A stretch of DNA of 32,000 bases, from assembly GCA_041657425.1 (NCBI GenBank), contig JBBABY010000007.1, positions 34,328 to 66,327 of the forward strand. The letters run 5' to 3'. Below, piece after piece: positions 15,425 to 24,003 of this stretch (its first letter is position 1; each line of letters begins with the position of its first letter). Both the position numbers and the translations under genes were made by a program. The notes under the pieces are model-generated. The model saw nothing but the letters and a program-made list of their open reading frames with translations, did not search any database and was not told the origin of the DNA. This DNA is from an archaeon (GTDB lineage Archaea > Iainarchaeota > Iainarchaeia > Iainarchaeales > CSSED10-239).

Positions 15425-16066
15425 TTATTTCTTTTTCTTTTTATAGATTATATATGAGTAAATAAAGGTTATCAAAAGAACCGCAATGATTGCAATAAAG
15501 AAAATGATTGTAAAGTATTGAAGATAAAATACTGCAGTTAGAGTAACTATTCCAAGAATAATAAATAACCAGCCCCCAAGTTTGTGTGTCTTTTCCCAAA
15601 CTTCTTGATTAAGTAATGTCCAAGGTGTTCTTATCCCAAAGAATGGATTTCTTTGTTTTATACCTCTAAGGATAATTCCAAGAGCAATAAATAATGCAGC
15701 AGTTGCAGGGATAATAAAATAACTCATATTAAATTTTATCCCAACATTGTAAATTAAAGAAAGAATAGAAACATAGAATAAAAATACCATTGTCATGATG
15801 ATTGTCATATTTAGTTGATTCTTCATATCTTTGTTATCAAAGTATTCAGTTCTTGAAAACATTGCAAAAACCGCAAGTAAAATAATAAAGAAAATTGGTA
15901 AGATTGTTACTCCCCAAAACTTAGAAGAAAATCCATCAGCCACACCTTGGGCGTTCCAGTGTGTTGCAATTATTTCAGGCATTGCAGGATAAAGACTGAT
16001 TGCAAGTATAGAATATATTACTAAAAGCACCATAATTAATATTTCAACTTTATTTATTTTAAACAT
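15425..16066 (-). CDS. SdpI/YhfL-family (DUF1648 plus SdpI) integral membrane protein
   Basis: Multi-pass hydrophobic protein with HWNAQGVADGF (DUF1648-like) and NPFFGIRTPWTLLNQEVWEKTHKLGGW (SdpI-like) motifs. Confidence 0.65.
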   Translation of the reverse strand: MFKINKVEILIMVLLVIYSILAISLYPAMPEIIATHWNAQGVADGFSSKFWGVTILPIFFIILLAVFAMFSRTEYFDNKDMKNQLNMTIIMTMVFLFYVSILSLIYNVGIKFNMSYFIIPATAALFIALGIILRGIKQRNPFFGIRTPWTLLNQEVWEKTHKLGGWLFIILGIVTLTAVFYLQYFTIIFFIAIIAVLLITFIYSYIIYKKKKK

Positions 16067-16142
16067 ATTTAGATTAAATATAATTAGTATTATAAAATGT
16101 TGTTTCTTTTATTTTATCTATAACTATAGAAAGTAATTATAT

Positions 16143-17390
16143 ATGAAAAAATTATTATTAATTGTATTATTATTAAGTTTATTATTAACTACGCTTTATG
16201 CAGAAGAAAATGATAATGCGTTAGGTTTTTCAGCAATGAAAACAAAGTATATATCTGTAGATATAAATATTGAACTACCAATCTATTTTTCTGGGTACAC
16301 TAGTAATGATGAATTCACATATAGAACTGCAGTATTTTATGATTCAATAGCACAGCAAGCAGATTTTGAAGCTTATTATTTGGATAATAATCAAAATAAA
16401 GTTTTTGCTGAAATAGTTTCGGAAAATGGAAACAAATATGCAGTATTTAAGATTAAACCTATAACTAGAGAGGAATATATTTTCTATGTGTCTGGGACTA
16501 TAATTTCTGAAAATAAAATTGTATTAACAAATAGTACAGGAAATTTAAATGATGTTCCTGAAGACACAAAAGAATATATTAAAGCAACAAGATTCATACA
16601 ATCTGATTCTAGTGAAATAAGAACTGTTTCTAATTTTATAAAAGAAAGTGAAGATCCTTTAGAGAATTTAGTGGCAATTACTAATTGGGTGCATAGTTAT
16701 GTTACTTATGATTTTGATTATGTTGAAGTTGTAAATGATTCAAAAAAAGTTTTAGCAGATAGAAAAGGAGTTTGTGATGAATTCGCGATATTAGAAGCAG
16801 CAATCTTAAGAGCCCAAGGCTATCCAGTAAAATATGTTGTAGGTTATGCAAATACTAGTCAAGAATGGGGGCCACACGCGTGGTTAGAGGTTTATGTACC
16901 AGGACAAGAATGGATACCTGTTGATCCAACATATAATGAAGTTGGATTTGTAGATTCCAGTCATATTGTTTTAGAAAAACTAAAAGATCCTGTAGAATCA
17001 AAAGACAGTGTTTCTTCAACAAATAAAGTGAGTGTAGTATTTGGAGAAAAAATTCAGGATTTTAAACACAATCAAACAAAAAATTTTGAAGAATATGGAT
17101 ATGGAAATGTAATTAATATGGATGTGATTGCTTCAAAAGACGCATTAATGGAAAGTCCATATATTGTTAAATTAAAATTACAAAATACCACCTCTAATCC
17201 TGTTGTAATATTAGTGGTTAGTCAATTAGCTGAAGATTTTGTTCAATTGTTTCCAGAATCTAGAAAAACTACGTATTACATTAAACCATTTGACAGTAAA
17301 GTTGTAGACTATTATTTCTTACTTCCAAAATTGGATAATTCTTATATTTATGGATTTGCATTTTCTTCTCAGTTTAATGGTGTTGAATAA
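16143..17390 (+). CDS. Secreted transglutaminase-like (papain-fold) domain protein
   Basis: Signal peptide MKKLLLIVLLLSLLLTTLYA. Transglutaminase core RKGVCDEFAILEAAILRAQGYPVKYVVGY....GPHAWLEVYVPGQEWIPVDPT with the Cys-His-Asp arrangement. Confidence 0.8.
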   Translation: MKKLLLIVLLLSLLLTTLYAEENDNALGFSAMKTKYISVDINIELPIYFSGYTSNDEFTYRTAVFYDSIAQQADFEAYYLDNNQNKVFAEIVSENGNKYAVFKIKPITREEYIFYVSGTIISENKIVLTNSTGNLNDVPEDTKEYIKATRFIQSDSSEIRTVSNFIKESEDPLENLVAITNWVHSYVTYDFDYVEVVNDSKKVLADRKGVCDEFAILEAAILRAQGYPVKYVVGYANTSQEWGPHAWLEVYVPGQEWIPVDPTYNEVGFVDSSHIVLEKLKDPVESKDSVSSTNKVSVVFGEKIQDFKHNQTKNFEEYGYGNVINMDVIASKDALMESPYIVKLKLQNTTSNPVVILVVSQLAEDFVQLFPESRKTTYYIKPFDSKVVDYYFLLPKLDNSYIYGFAFSSQFNGVE

Positions 17391-17453
17391 ACAGTTAATA
17401 TTTTTAATAATAAAGGAGTATATCAAGAATTATTTTTTTCTTATAATCCGTTA

Positions 17454-17912
17454 GTGTATTATAAAAATAATTTGTTTTATTTTGAAGAAGAGTTTTTCAA
17501 TTATACAAAAACAGATAAGCATATAGATTTCGAATTGGATTATAATGGAACAAAATATTCTGATAGCCGAACTATTCCTAAGGGGGCTGGTATAACATAT
17601 ACTAGATCATTTACACAGTTAGAAAATATAAATTTTAATTACTCTATTTTAGGAGACTATAATGGTGCTAAAGCAATAGAAGTACTTTCAACAATAGAAC
17701 CAGTAAAAGTTATAACTGAAAATAAAGAGCCAAGAACGGTAATTGAAGATTCAGAAAAAGATATTAATGAACTATTTAAAAGAATTGATAGCCAAAAGAT
17801 AGATGAAAAACCAAAGATAAATTATACAATTGTTGTTTTTATTTCTTTATTTATGATGTTTATTCTTTATTTGGTGATTTCTAAAAGCATAAGAACAGCA
17901 GGACTACAATAA
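17454..17912 (+). CDS. Probable C-terminal continuation of the transglutaminase-like protein, carrying a C-terminal TM anchor
   Basis: Same frame as 16143..17390, separated from it by only one TAA. No ATG until near its end; the listed start is GTG. Ends with hydrophobic anchor YTIVVFISLFMMFILYLVI plus a basic tail. Confidence 0.5.
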   Translation: MYYKNNLFYFEEEFFNYTKTDKHIDFELDYNGTKYSDSRTIPKGAGITYTRSFTQLENINFNYSILGDYNGAKAIEVLSTIEPVKVITENKEPRTVIEDSEKDINELFKRIDSQKIDEKPKINYTIVVFISLFMMFILYLVISKSIRTAGLQ

Positions 17913-17956
17913 AAAACAATAGTTTATAAACATTTTTTATATTTATTATATAATAT

Positions 17957-18028
17957 ACGCCCGTAGTATAGTGGTTAGTATGGGAGCTTGCCAAGCTTTC
18001 GGCTCGGGTTCGAATCCCGGCGGGCGTA
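17957..18028 (+). tRNA. tRNA-Gly (anticodon GCC at 17990..17992)
   Basis: Hand fold: acceptor ACGCCCG/CGGGCGT, D arm GTAT-AGTGGTTA-GTAT, anticodon arm GGAGC-TTGCCAA-GCTTT, T arm TCGGG-TTCGAAT-CCCGG, discriminator A. 72 nt with an A1:U72 first pair. Confidence 0.85.
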
Positions 18029-18043
18029 CTTATTTGGGAAAAT

Positions 18044-18358
18044 ATGAATAATAAAGACGATTACAAGAAAAGGATTTCTTTTTTAATTGATTTTGCTATT
18101 TCTGAATATAATTTAAAAACAGGAAATCCACACCTTAAAGAATATGTAGAACTTGCTTTTGATATTGCAAAGAAAATTAATTACAGATTTCCAAAAGAAT
18201 TACATCTTAAAGTTTGTAAATATTGTTTTACAATAAGAACTACAAAAAATACAAAATATAGAACACAAGTAATAATCAAAGATCATAAAAAATCAAAATA
18301 TATGAAAATACATTGCCTAGAATGTAATAAAATAAAAAAACTAAAAACTAAATTGTAA
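18044..18358 (+). CDS. rnp4: RNase P protein component 4 (Rpp21/Rpr2 family)
   Basis: KRISFLIDFA...LKEYVELAFDIAKK followed by the zinc ribbon CKYC....(26 aa)....CLEC, as in archaeal Rpp21. It lies immediately downstream of a tRNA gene. Confidence 0.82.
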   Translation: MNNKDDYKKRISFLIDFAISEYNLKTGNPHLKEYVELAFDIAKKINYRFPKELHLKVCKYCFTIRTTKNTKYRTQVIIKDHKKSKYMKIHCLECNKIKKLKTKL

Positions 18359-18373
18359 TCTAGAGGCGAGAAC

Positions 18374-19117
18374 ATGAAAATTTCTAAATCCCAAATTAGA
18401 ATTCCACGAGCTAAATTTTCTAAGTTGAAATCTAAAACTAAATTAAGTTCTGAAGAACAAATAAGAAAAGCAATTTCCGAAATTCCACACCCTCCTGAAT
18501 TTGTTACTGATCCAGAACGAATAAAAAAAATTAAGATGGTGTTTATAACTGCAAATTTAAAAATGTCTAAATTAAAAGACATCACAGATCCAATAAAGGA
18601 AAAAATAGCAAGAACCAATATTTTTTCTCAATTTGAAAAACAATTAGAAAAAGTGGATTTTGTAATTTCTTATCAGAAAATTAAAAATTCAAAAATTCCG
18701 GCATCTGGATTATTTTTAAATATGCTTGTGAAAGACTACTATTATTTTGTTAATAAAGATTTTAGAACTGAAGAAACAATGTCTAAGTTGATAAGTGCAG
18801 TTAATAGAAAAATGTCTTTTAATAAATACACTGCCGATCAATTAAGAGAATATATAGAAAGATATTACTATGAATCAATGTATTTTATTCAAGGAAAAAT
18901 AATACATGATAGTTTTAAAACTCTGGAAAAAAGAGTGACAGACATTCCCAAAGAAATAAGGGTAGTTGTTACTGAATATTTAATGGACAGATATATCAAT
19001 AATTATAAACCTCAAATAATTGAGCACAATAATTCCCAGAAAGTGCGTAGTGATATAATTCCAAATGCAAATGCAAATCTGTCTATAAGAATATCTTTTT
19101 TAGAAGACTTGCTTTAA
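18374..19117 (+). CDS. Hypothetical protein (247 aa)
   Basis: Long ORF with GAGGCGAG RBS-like sequence upstream. No family recognised. Confidence 0.5.
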   Translation: MKISKSQIRIPRAKFSKLKSKTKLSSEEQIRKAISEIPHPPEFVTDPERIKKIKMVFITANLKMSKLKDITDPIKEKIARTNIFSQFEKQLEKVDFVISYQKIKNSKIPASGLFLNMLVKDYYYFVNKDFRTEETMSKLISAVNRKMSFNKYTADQLREYIERYYYESMYFIQGKIIHDSFKTLEKRVTDIPKEIRVVVTEYLMDRYINNYKPQIIEHNNSQKVRSDIIPNANANLSIRISFLEDLL

Positions 19118-19287
19118 AACAATACATATTTAAATAAAACTAGTCTATAAATATATTATAATACTTGTTTTTAGACAAAGCATAAGGTTTTGTCAAAAAC
19201 TCAGCAGAAATGCGAAAATGTTTTCTATAGATACCAAAAGGGTGGTAGAAACAAAGTAAAAAAAGAAAAACACTAGAGGTGAATATA

Positions 19288-19842
19288 TTGGCTAATGTAA
19301 AGGACGTCCCTGCTCAGATAATGATTACAGAAATAGCAAAGGACTTAAAAACAAACAAAAAAGTTAAGATGCCTGAGTTTGCACAATTTGTAAAAACAGG
19401 ATGTAGTAGAGAAAGAGCACCACAGGATGCTGATTGGTGGTTTATGAGAATGGCTTCTATTTTAAGAAAAGTTGCTATTAATGATAAAACAACTGTTAAT
19501 TCTTTAAGAACATACTACGGTGGAAGAAAGAATAGAGGAGTTAAACCAGAAGAGTTTAGAAAAGCTGGTGGAAAGATAATTAGAGTATGTTTACAAGATT
19601 TAGAGAAATTACAATTAGTTTCAAAATCAGATGAAAAGAAAGGAAGAATAATAACTCCTGCTGGTCAAAAATATTTAGATAAGATGGCTACAGAGATATT
19701 AAAGGACTTTGATAAATATAAGATAATTAAAAAAGAAAGAGAAATTGTAATTAAAGATACTAAAGAAAAATCAACTTTTGATAATACTGCAAAAACAAAA
19801 GGAAAGAAAGATCAAAAGAAAAAGCAGGAAGAGGTTGAATAA
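19288..19842 (+). CDS. rps19e: Ribosomal protein eS19 with lysine-rich C-terminal tail
   Basis: VKDVPAQ..ITEIAKDLK...MPEFAQFVKTGCSRERAPQDADWWFMRMASILRKV...YGGRKNRGVKP matches eS19. TTG 19288 is favoured over listed GTG 19279 because GAGGTG at 19276..19281 overlaps the GTG. Confidence 0.9.
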   Translation: MANVKDVPAQIMITEIAKDLKTNKKVKMPEFAQFVKTGCSRERAPQDADWWFMRMASILRKVAINDKTTVNSLRTYYGGRKNRGVKPEEFRKAGGKIIRVCLQDLEKLQLVSKSDEKKGRIITPAGQKYLDKMATEILKDFDKYKIIKKEREIVIKDTKEKSTFDNTAKTKGKKDQKKKQEEVE

Positions 19843-19844
19843 AT

Positions 19845-20156
19845 ATGGCAAGAAATAAAACCAGAGAGAAGAAAGAATTCTTAATTGCTCAAAGATCTAA
19901 AGTTGGTCCAGGTTATTTAAACACTCCTGTTTGGATTATCCAAAAAGCAGGAAAAAGAATTTGGAATAGAAGACAAAAAAGAAACTGGAAACAAACAGAG
20001 TTTGGAGCAGAATTTACAAAATTACAATTAAAGAAAAAAGATGCTGTAAAGAAAACTGCAAGAATTAGTGGAAAGAAAGAAAAGACTTCAAGAAGAAGAG
20101 TAAGAAGTACAAGAAACACAACAATTGTAAGAAATCCAATAAAGAAGAAAAAATAA
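19845..20156 (+). CDS. rpl39e: Ribosomal protein eL39 with about 50-aa basic C-terminal extension
   Basis: MARNKTREKK....PVWIIQKAGKRIW.RRQKRNWKQTEF matches the roughly 51-aa eL39 core. The ORF then continues for 50 more K/R-rich residues. Confidence 0.85.
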   Translation: MARNKTREKKEFLIAQRSKVGPGYLNTPVWIIQKAGKRIWNRRQKRNWKQTEFGAEFTKLQLKKKDAVKKTARISGKKEKTSRRRVRSTRNTTIVRNPIKKKK

Positions 20157-20173
20157 TTAGGATGTGATTAATA

Positions 20174-20626
20174 ATGCCAAGTGAAAGTTATATTATACCT
20201 TTAAAAAAGGTATATGACAATAAACCAAGAACTAGAAGAGCTAATCATGCAATTACTGAAATCTTTAATTTCATGAGAAAGCATACCAGAATGGAACCAA
20301 AGGATGTTATTATTTCAAAAGAAGTAAATGAAGTAATTTGGAAGAATAGCATCCAGAACCCTCCAAGAAAAGTTGCAGTAAGCATTAAGATTGATTCTGG
20401 AAAGTGCTATGTTTTCTTAAAAGATTCAAAAGAATTTAAAGAATTTGGAAAAGCTCCAGTTGAAAAGGAAAAGAAACCAAAGTTAACAAAAGAAGGGGTA
20501 ACTAAAGCTGTTAAAGATGCAGTTTCTGGTAATACAGAAAAAGCAAAGAAACCTAAAGCAAGTACACAAAAGAAAATGTCTGCAAAAACCGAAAAAAGAA
20601 TGGCAGCACAACAACAATCTGAATAA
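20174..20626 (+). CDS. rpl31e: Ribosomal protein eL31 with lysine-rich C-terminal extension
   Basis: YIIPLKKVY...RTRRANHAITEIFNFMRKHT......ISKEVNEVIWKNSIQNPPRKVAVSI matches the eL31 core. It lies in the conserved position after eL39. Confidence 0.85.
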   Translation: MPSESYIIPLKKVYDNKPRTRRANHAITEIFNFMRKHTRMEPKDVIISKEVNEVIWKNSIQNPPRKVAVSIKIDSGKCYVFLKDSKEFKEFGKAPVEKEKKPKLTKEGVTKAVKDAVSGNTEKAKKPKASTQKKMSAKTEKRMAAQQQSE

Positions 20627-20639
20627 GGGGTAAATAAAA

Positions 20640-21314
20640 ATGAGATTAGATAGAGCAACGATATACAATTCAGCTTTTCTTAATATCTATGCATATTGTA
20701 CAGAGAAAGTCTGTCTAATTCCTCATAGTGTTTTTCCTAAAGAAGAAAGAAAGATTGAAGATATCTTAAATGTTAAAGTAATTAAAGCAGCAGTGAATCG
20801 TTCATCTCTTTTAGGGGTTTATTTTGCAGGAGTTGGCGAAAAGTTAGTTATTGAAAAAAATAGCATACATGCTGATGAAATGGAAATCTTAGAAAAAGAA
20901 GGTTTAAAGATAAAAACTATTTCAGATGATAACAATGCATTTGGTAATCTTCTTGCAATCAATTCAAATTATGGGGTGGCAAGTCCTTTACTTGCAGTTG
21001 AAACAATTGCAGAGATGAAGAAGTTCTTTGGAGTTGAAGTTGAACAAAAGCATTTCGCTGGTCTTGACTTACCAGGAAGTTCAATATTTGTTAATGATTC
21101 TTTATTTTTAATTAACCCAATGGTTGATTTAAGAGAATTTAATTATTTTAAAAAGAAGTTTGGTGTTCCTGGTAAAGCAATAACAACAAATTACGGAGAT
21201 GTGTTTGTGGGAAATGACGTTATTGGAAACAAGAACGGAATGCTTGTTGGAGAAACAACCAGTAATATTGAAATGACAAAAATAGATGAATTAGTTTTAG
21301 ATATTAAAGAGTGA
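20640..21314 (+). CDS. eif6: Translation initiation factor 6 (aIF6)
   Basis: 224 aa with pentein-like repeats (SLLGVYFAG, NAFGNLLAINSNYGVASP, VFVGNDVIGNKNGMLVGETT). Conserved position after eL31. Confidence 0.88.
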   Translation: MRLDRATIYNSAFLNIYAYCTEKVCLIPHSVFPKEERKIEDILNVKVIKAAVNRSSLLGVYFAGVGEKLVIEKNSIHADEMEILEKEGLKIKTISDDNNAFGNLLAINSNYGVASPLLAVETIAEMKKFFGVEVEQKHFAGLDLPGSSIFVNDSLFLINPMVDLREFNYFKKKFGVPGKAITTNYGDVFVGNDVIGNKNGMLVGETTSNIEMTKIDELVLDIKE

Positions 21315-21320
21315 TAAATT

Positions 21321-21836
21321 ATGGCAAAAACAATTTCTAAACCGAAAATAAGCGCAGTAAATGGAGAAAATCAAGCAAAGGTTACAAAGACAATTAAGCT
21401 TGATAAAAATCAAACTGTAAAGTTATATCAAAATAAAGAAAAAGAATTACAAGGAATTACTCAAAGAGTAGAGCAAGTAGATAGTATTCTTTTAGAAATG
21501 AGTAAAGCAGAAATTGCATTAAAAGAATTAAAGAAACTTAAAGGATCAGAAAAATTACTTGTTAATGTTGGTGCAGGAGTTTTAATTGAATGTGAAGTTA
21601 CAAATAAATCTGCAATTAAAGTAATGCTTCCTGGTAACATCATGAACGAAAGAAGTGTTGAAGAAGTTATTGATGATATTGATAAGAGAAAAAAAGAATT
21701 AGAAGAGGCAAAGCAGAAATTAGTTACATCTTATAACCAAACAGCACAAATGCTTGATCAAATCTCAAGAGTATTTAAGGAAATGCAAATTAGAGATTCA
21801 CAAAAACAACAAGCAGCTTCAACAGCAATTGATTAA
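21321..21836 (+). CDS. pfdA: Prefoldin alpha subunit
   Basis: Coiled coil, then beta-hairpin core (LLVNVGAGVLIECEV...KVMLPGNIMNERSVEE), then coiled coil. Conserved position between aIF6 and ftsY. Confidence 0.7.
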   Translation: MAKTISKPKISAVNGENQAKVTKTIKLDKNQTVKLYQNKEKELQGITQRVEQVDSILLEMSKAEIALKELKKLKGSEKLLVNVGAGVLIECEVTNKSAIKVMLPGNIMNERSVEEVIDDIDKRKKELEEAKQKLVTSYNQTAQMLDQISRVFKEMQIRDSQKQQAASTAID

Positions 21837-21872
21837 TTTCTTTATTTTCTTTTTTAAGAAGGTGTTTTAAAG

Positions 21873-23456
21873 TTGTTTGACTTATTAAAAAATAAATTTA
21901 AGAGTTTTACAGATAAATTATTTGGTAAAGCACAAGAAACCATTGCGCGCGAGCCTAGCGAAACAGGCTCTGTTGAAGAAGAAGTAAAAGAAGAGCAATT
22001 AACACAAACTATTTCTGAACAGGCTCAAGTACAAGAACCAACAACTCAAGACTTAATTGTAGAACCACAGCCAGAACTTGTTGTTGAAGAGGTTGCTCAA
22101 GAACCAGCAATTGTAGAAATTTCAAAATCTGTAGTTGTGGAAAAACCAAAAGAGAAAGAGGCAATTAAACCAGTTGAAGTCAAAGTACCTAAATTAGAGC
22201 CAATTAAATTTACAGAAGAAAAGAAAGAAATAGAAATTCATAAAATTGAAATTGAAGAAGAACCAAAGCTAGTAATTGCAGAAGTTCCAAAAGTAAAGAA
22301 AGAGAAAGACACACTAATTGTTGGACAAACTGAAGAAGTAAAATCAGTTGTGCGCGAGCTCAGCGAAACGGGCTCACCAAAGGAAAAGCATTCTATTTTT
22401 GATATTTTTAAACCAAAACCAAAACCAGTAGTTATTGAACCAGAAAAACCAAAGGTAGAAGCAATTAAAGTACAGCCAAAACCAATTATTCAAGAAGAAT
22501 TAAAACCAGTAGTGGTTGAAGTTCCAAAAGAAGAATTGGAAGATTTAACTATTAAAAAATCAACTGAAATAAAAAAATCTTTAGTTACTTCCATAAAAAG
22601 CATATTCTCAAGTAAAGTAAAACTTTCTGAAAAAGAAATTTCTGAATTCCTTGAAGAATTTGAATTGTCTTTATTAGAAGCAGATGTTTCAATAGTTTCT
22701 GCAGAAAACATATGTAAAGATTTAAAAGAAAAATTAATACAAAGTTCTTTTTCTAAAGAAAATCCATTAGAAGATATTAAAGAACATATAAGAGAATCAC
22801 TTAAGACACAATTAGATATTGATTGTGATATTAATAATTATATAAATAAAACAAAAAAAGAAAATCAACCTTTTGTTATAATGTTTATTGGTCCAAATGG
22901 TGCAGGAAAAACTACAACTATTTCTAAGTTTGCTTATCATTACAAGCAAAAAGGAAAAGCAGTAGTTCTTGCTTCAGGGGATACCTTTAGAGCAGGAAGT
23001 ATTGATCAACTAGAGAAACATGCTGATACGATTGGAGTAAAACTAGTTAAGCAAGCATATGGTTCAGATCCAGCAGCAGTTGCTTTTGATGCAGTAACGT
23101 CAGCTAAGTCCTCTAAAGCAGACTACGTCTTTATTGACACAGCAGGAAGACAAGAAAATAATATTAATCTAATGCAAGAGCTAAAGAAAATCAAAAGAGT
23201 TGTTAGTCCAAATCTTACAATTTACATTGGAGAAGCACAAGCAGGTCAAGCAATAGTGGACCAAGTAAGTGGTTTTGAAAAAGAGATTGGAGTTGACGGA
23301 GTAATTCTAACAAAGCTTGACACTGATCCAAAAGGCGGAGTTGCAATTTCAATTCTAAATGAATTAAAAAAACCAATCTTTTATGTTGGAACTGGTCAAA
23401 CCTACAATGACTTAGAAGAATTCTCTCCTGAGTTCATAATTAAGAGAATTATTTAA
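21873..23456 (+). CDS. ftsY: Signal recognition particle receptor FtsY with about 230-aa Pro/Glu/Val/Lys-rich N-terminal domain
   Basis: NG domain motifs GPNGAGKTTTISKFA, DTFRAGSIDQL, DTAGRQ, TKLDTDPKGG. TTG start with AAGGTG RBS 8 nt upstream. Confidence 0.92.
   Translation: MFDLLKNKFKSFTDKLFGKAQETIAREPSETGSVEEEVKEEQLTQTISEQAQVQEPTTQDLIVEPQPELVVEEVAQEPAIVEISKSVVVEKPKEKEAIKPVEVKVPKLEPIKFTEEKKEIEIHKIEIEEEPKLVIAEVPKVKKEKDTLIVGQTEEVKSVVRELSETGSPKEKHSIFDIFKPKPKPVVIEPEKPKVEAIKVQPKPIIQEELKPVVVEVPKEELEDLTIKKSTEIKKSLVTSIKSIFSSKVKLSEKEISEFLEEFELSLLEADVSIVSAENICKDLKEKLIQSSFSKENPLEDIKEHIRESLKTQLDIDCDINNYINKTKKENQPFVIMFIGPNGAGKTTTISKFAYHYKQKGKAVVLASGDTFRAGSIDQLEKHADTIGVKLVKQAYGSDPAAVAFDAVTSAKSSKADYVFIDTAGRQENNINLMQELKKIKRVVSPNLTIYIGEAQAGQAIVDQVSGFEKEIGVDGVILTKLDTDPKGGVAISILNELKKPIFYVGTGQTYNDLEEFSPEFIIKRII
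21945..21970 (+). repeat. GC-rich 26-nt hairpin motif, ftsY copy 1 (gcgcgcGAGCCTagcgaaacAGGCTC)
   Basis: Perfect 6-bp stem with an 8-nt loop. Encodes AREPSETGS using codons (gcg, cgc, ggc) otherwise rare here. Confidence 0.7.
22350..22375 (+). repeat. GC-rich 26-nt hairpin motif, ftsY copy 2 (gtgcgcGAGCTCagcgaaacGGGCTC)
   Basis: Lies 405 nt (135 codons) after copy 1 in the same frame. Loop is identical. Stem is kept by a T:A to C:G double change plus one G:U pair. Encodes VRELSETGS. Confidence 0.7.
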
Positions 23457-23997
23457 TTCTATATTTCTCAGTGCCAATGTTATAAAAATTATTTCCAAAA
23501 GAATCAATAATTACAATTGCAGGAAAATCTTTAACTTCTAATTTTCTGATTGCTTCTGTTCCAAGTTCCGGATAAGCAATAATTTCTTGTTTGATAATTG
23601 TTTTTGCAATTAGTGCTCCTGCCCCTCCTGTTGCTCCAAAATATATTGCTTTATTTTTTATTATTGATTCAATAACAGTATTATCTCTTTGTCCTTTTCC
23701 AATCATTCCTGAAAGTCCAAGTTCTAATAGTTTTGGAGTATAGGCATCCATTCTAACACTTGTTGTTGGTCCTGCTGGGCCAATTACATTTCCTGGTTTT
23801 TCAGGACATGGTCCTACATAATAAATAATTTGGTTTTTTATATCAAATGGAAGAGGTTTTCCTTCAGAGATTGTTTCAATTAGTTTCTTGTGTGCTGCAT
23901 CTCTTGCAGTATAGATTGTTCCAGTAATAAAAACTTCATCTCCTGCTTTTAATTTAGTTGTTATTTCTTTTGTTAATGGTGTATTTATTGTTATCAT
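23449..23997 (-). CDS. Class I (Fe-S) fumarate hydratase / L(+)-tartrate dehydratase, beta subunit
   Basis: GTIYTARDAAHKK, GPAGPTTSVRMDAYTP and GMIGKGQR blocks typical of the C-terminal/beta domain of Fe-S hydro-lyases. Adjacent to the alpha subunit. Confidence 0.85.
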   Translation of the reverse strand: MITINTPLTKEITTKLKAGDEVFITGTIYTARDAAHKKLIETISEGKPLPFDIKNQIIYYVGPCPEKPGNVIGPAGPTTSVRMDAYTPKLLELGLSGMIGKGQRDNTVIESIIKNKAIYFGATGGAGALIAKTIIKQEIIAYPELGTEAIRKLEVKDFPAIVIIDSFGNNFYNIGTEKYRIK

Positions 23998-24003
23998 AGT
24001 TTA

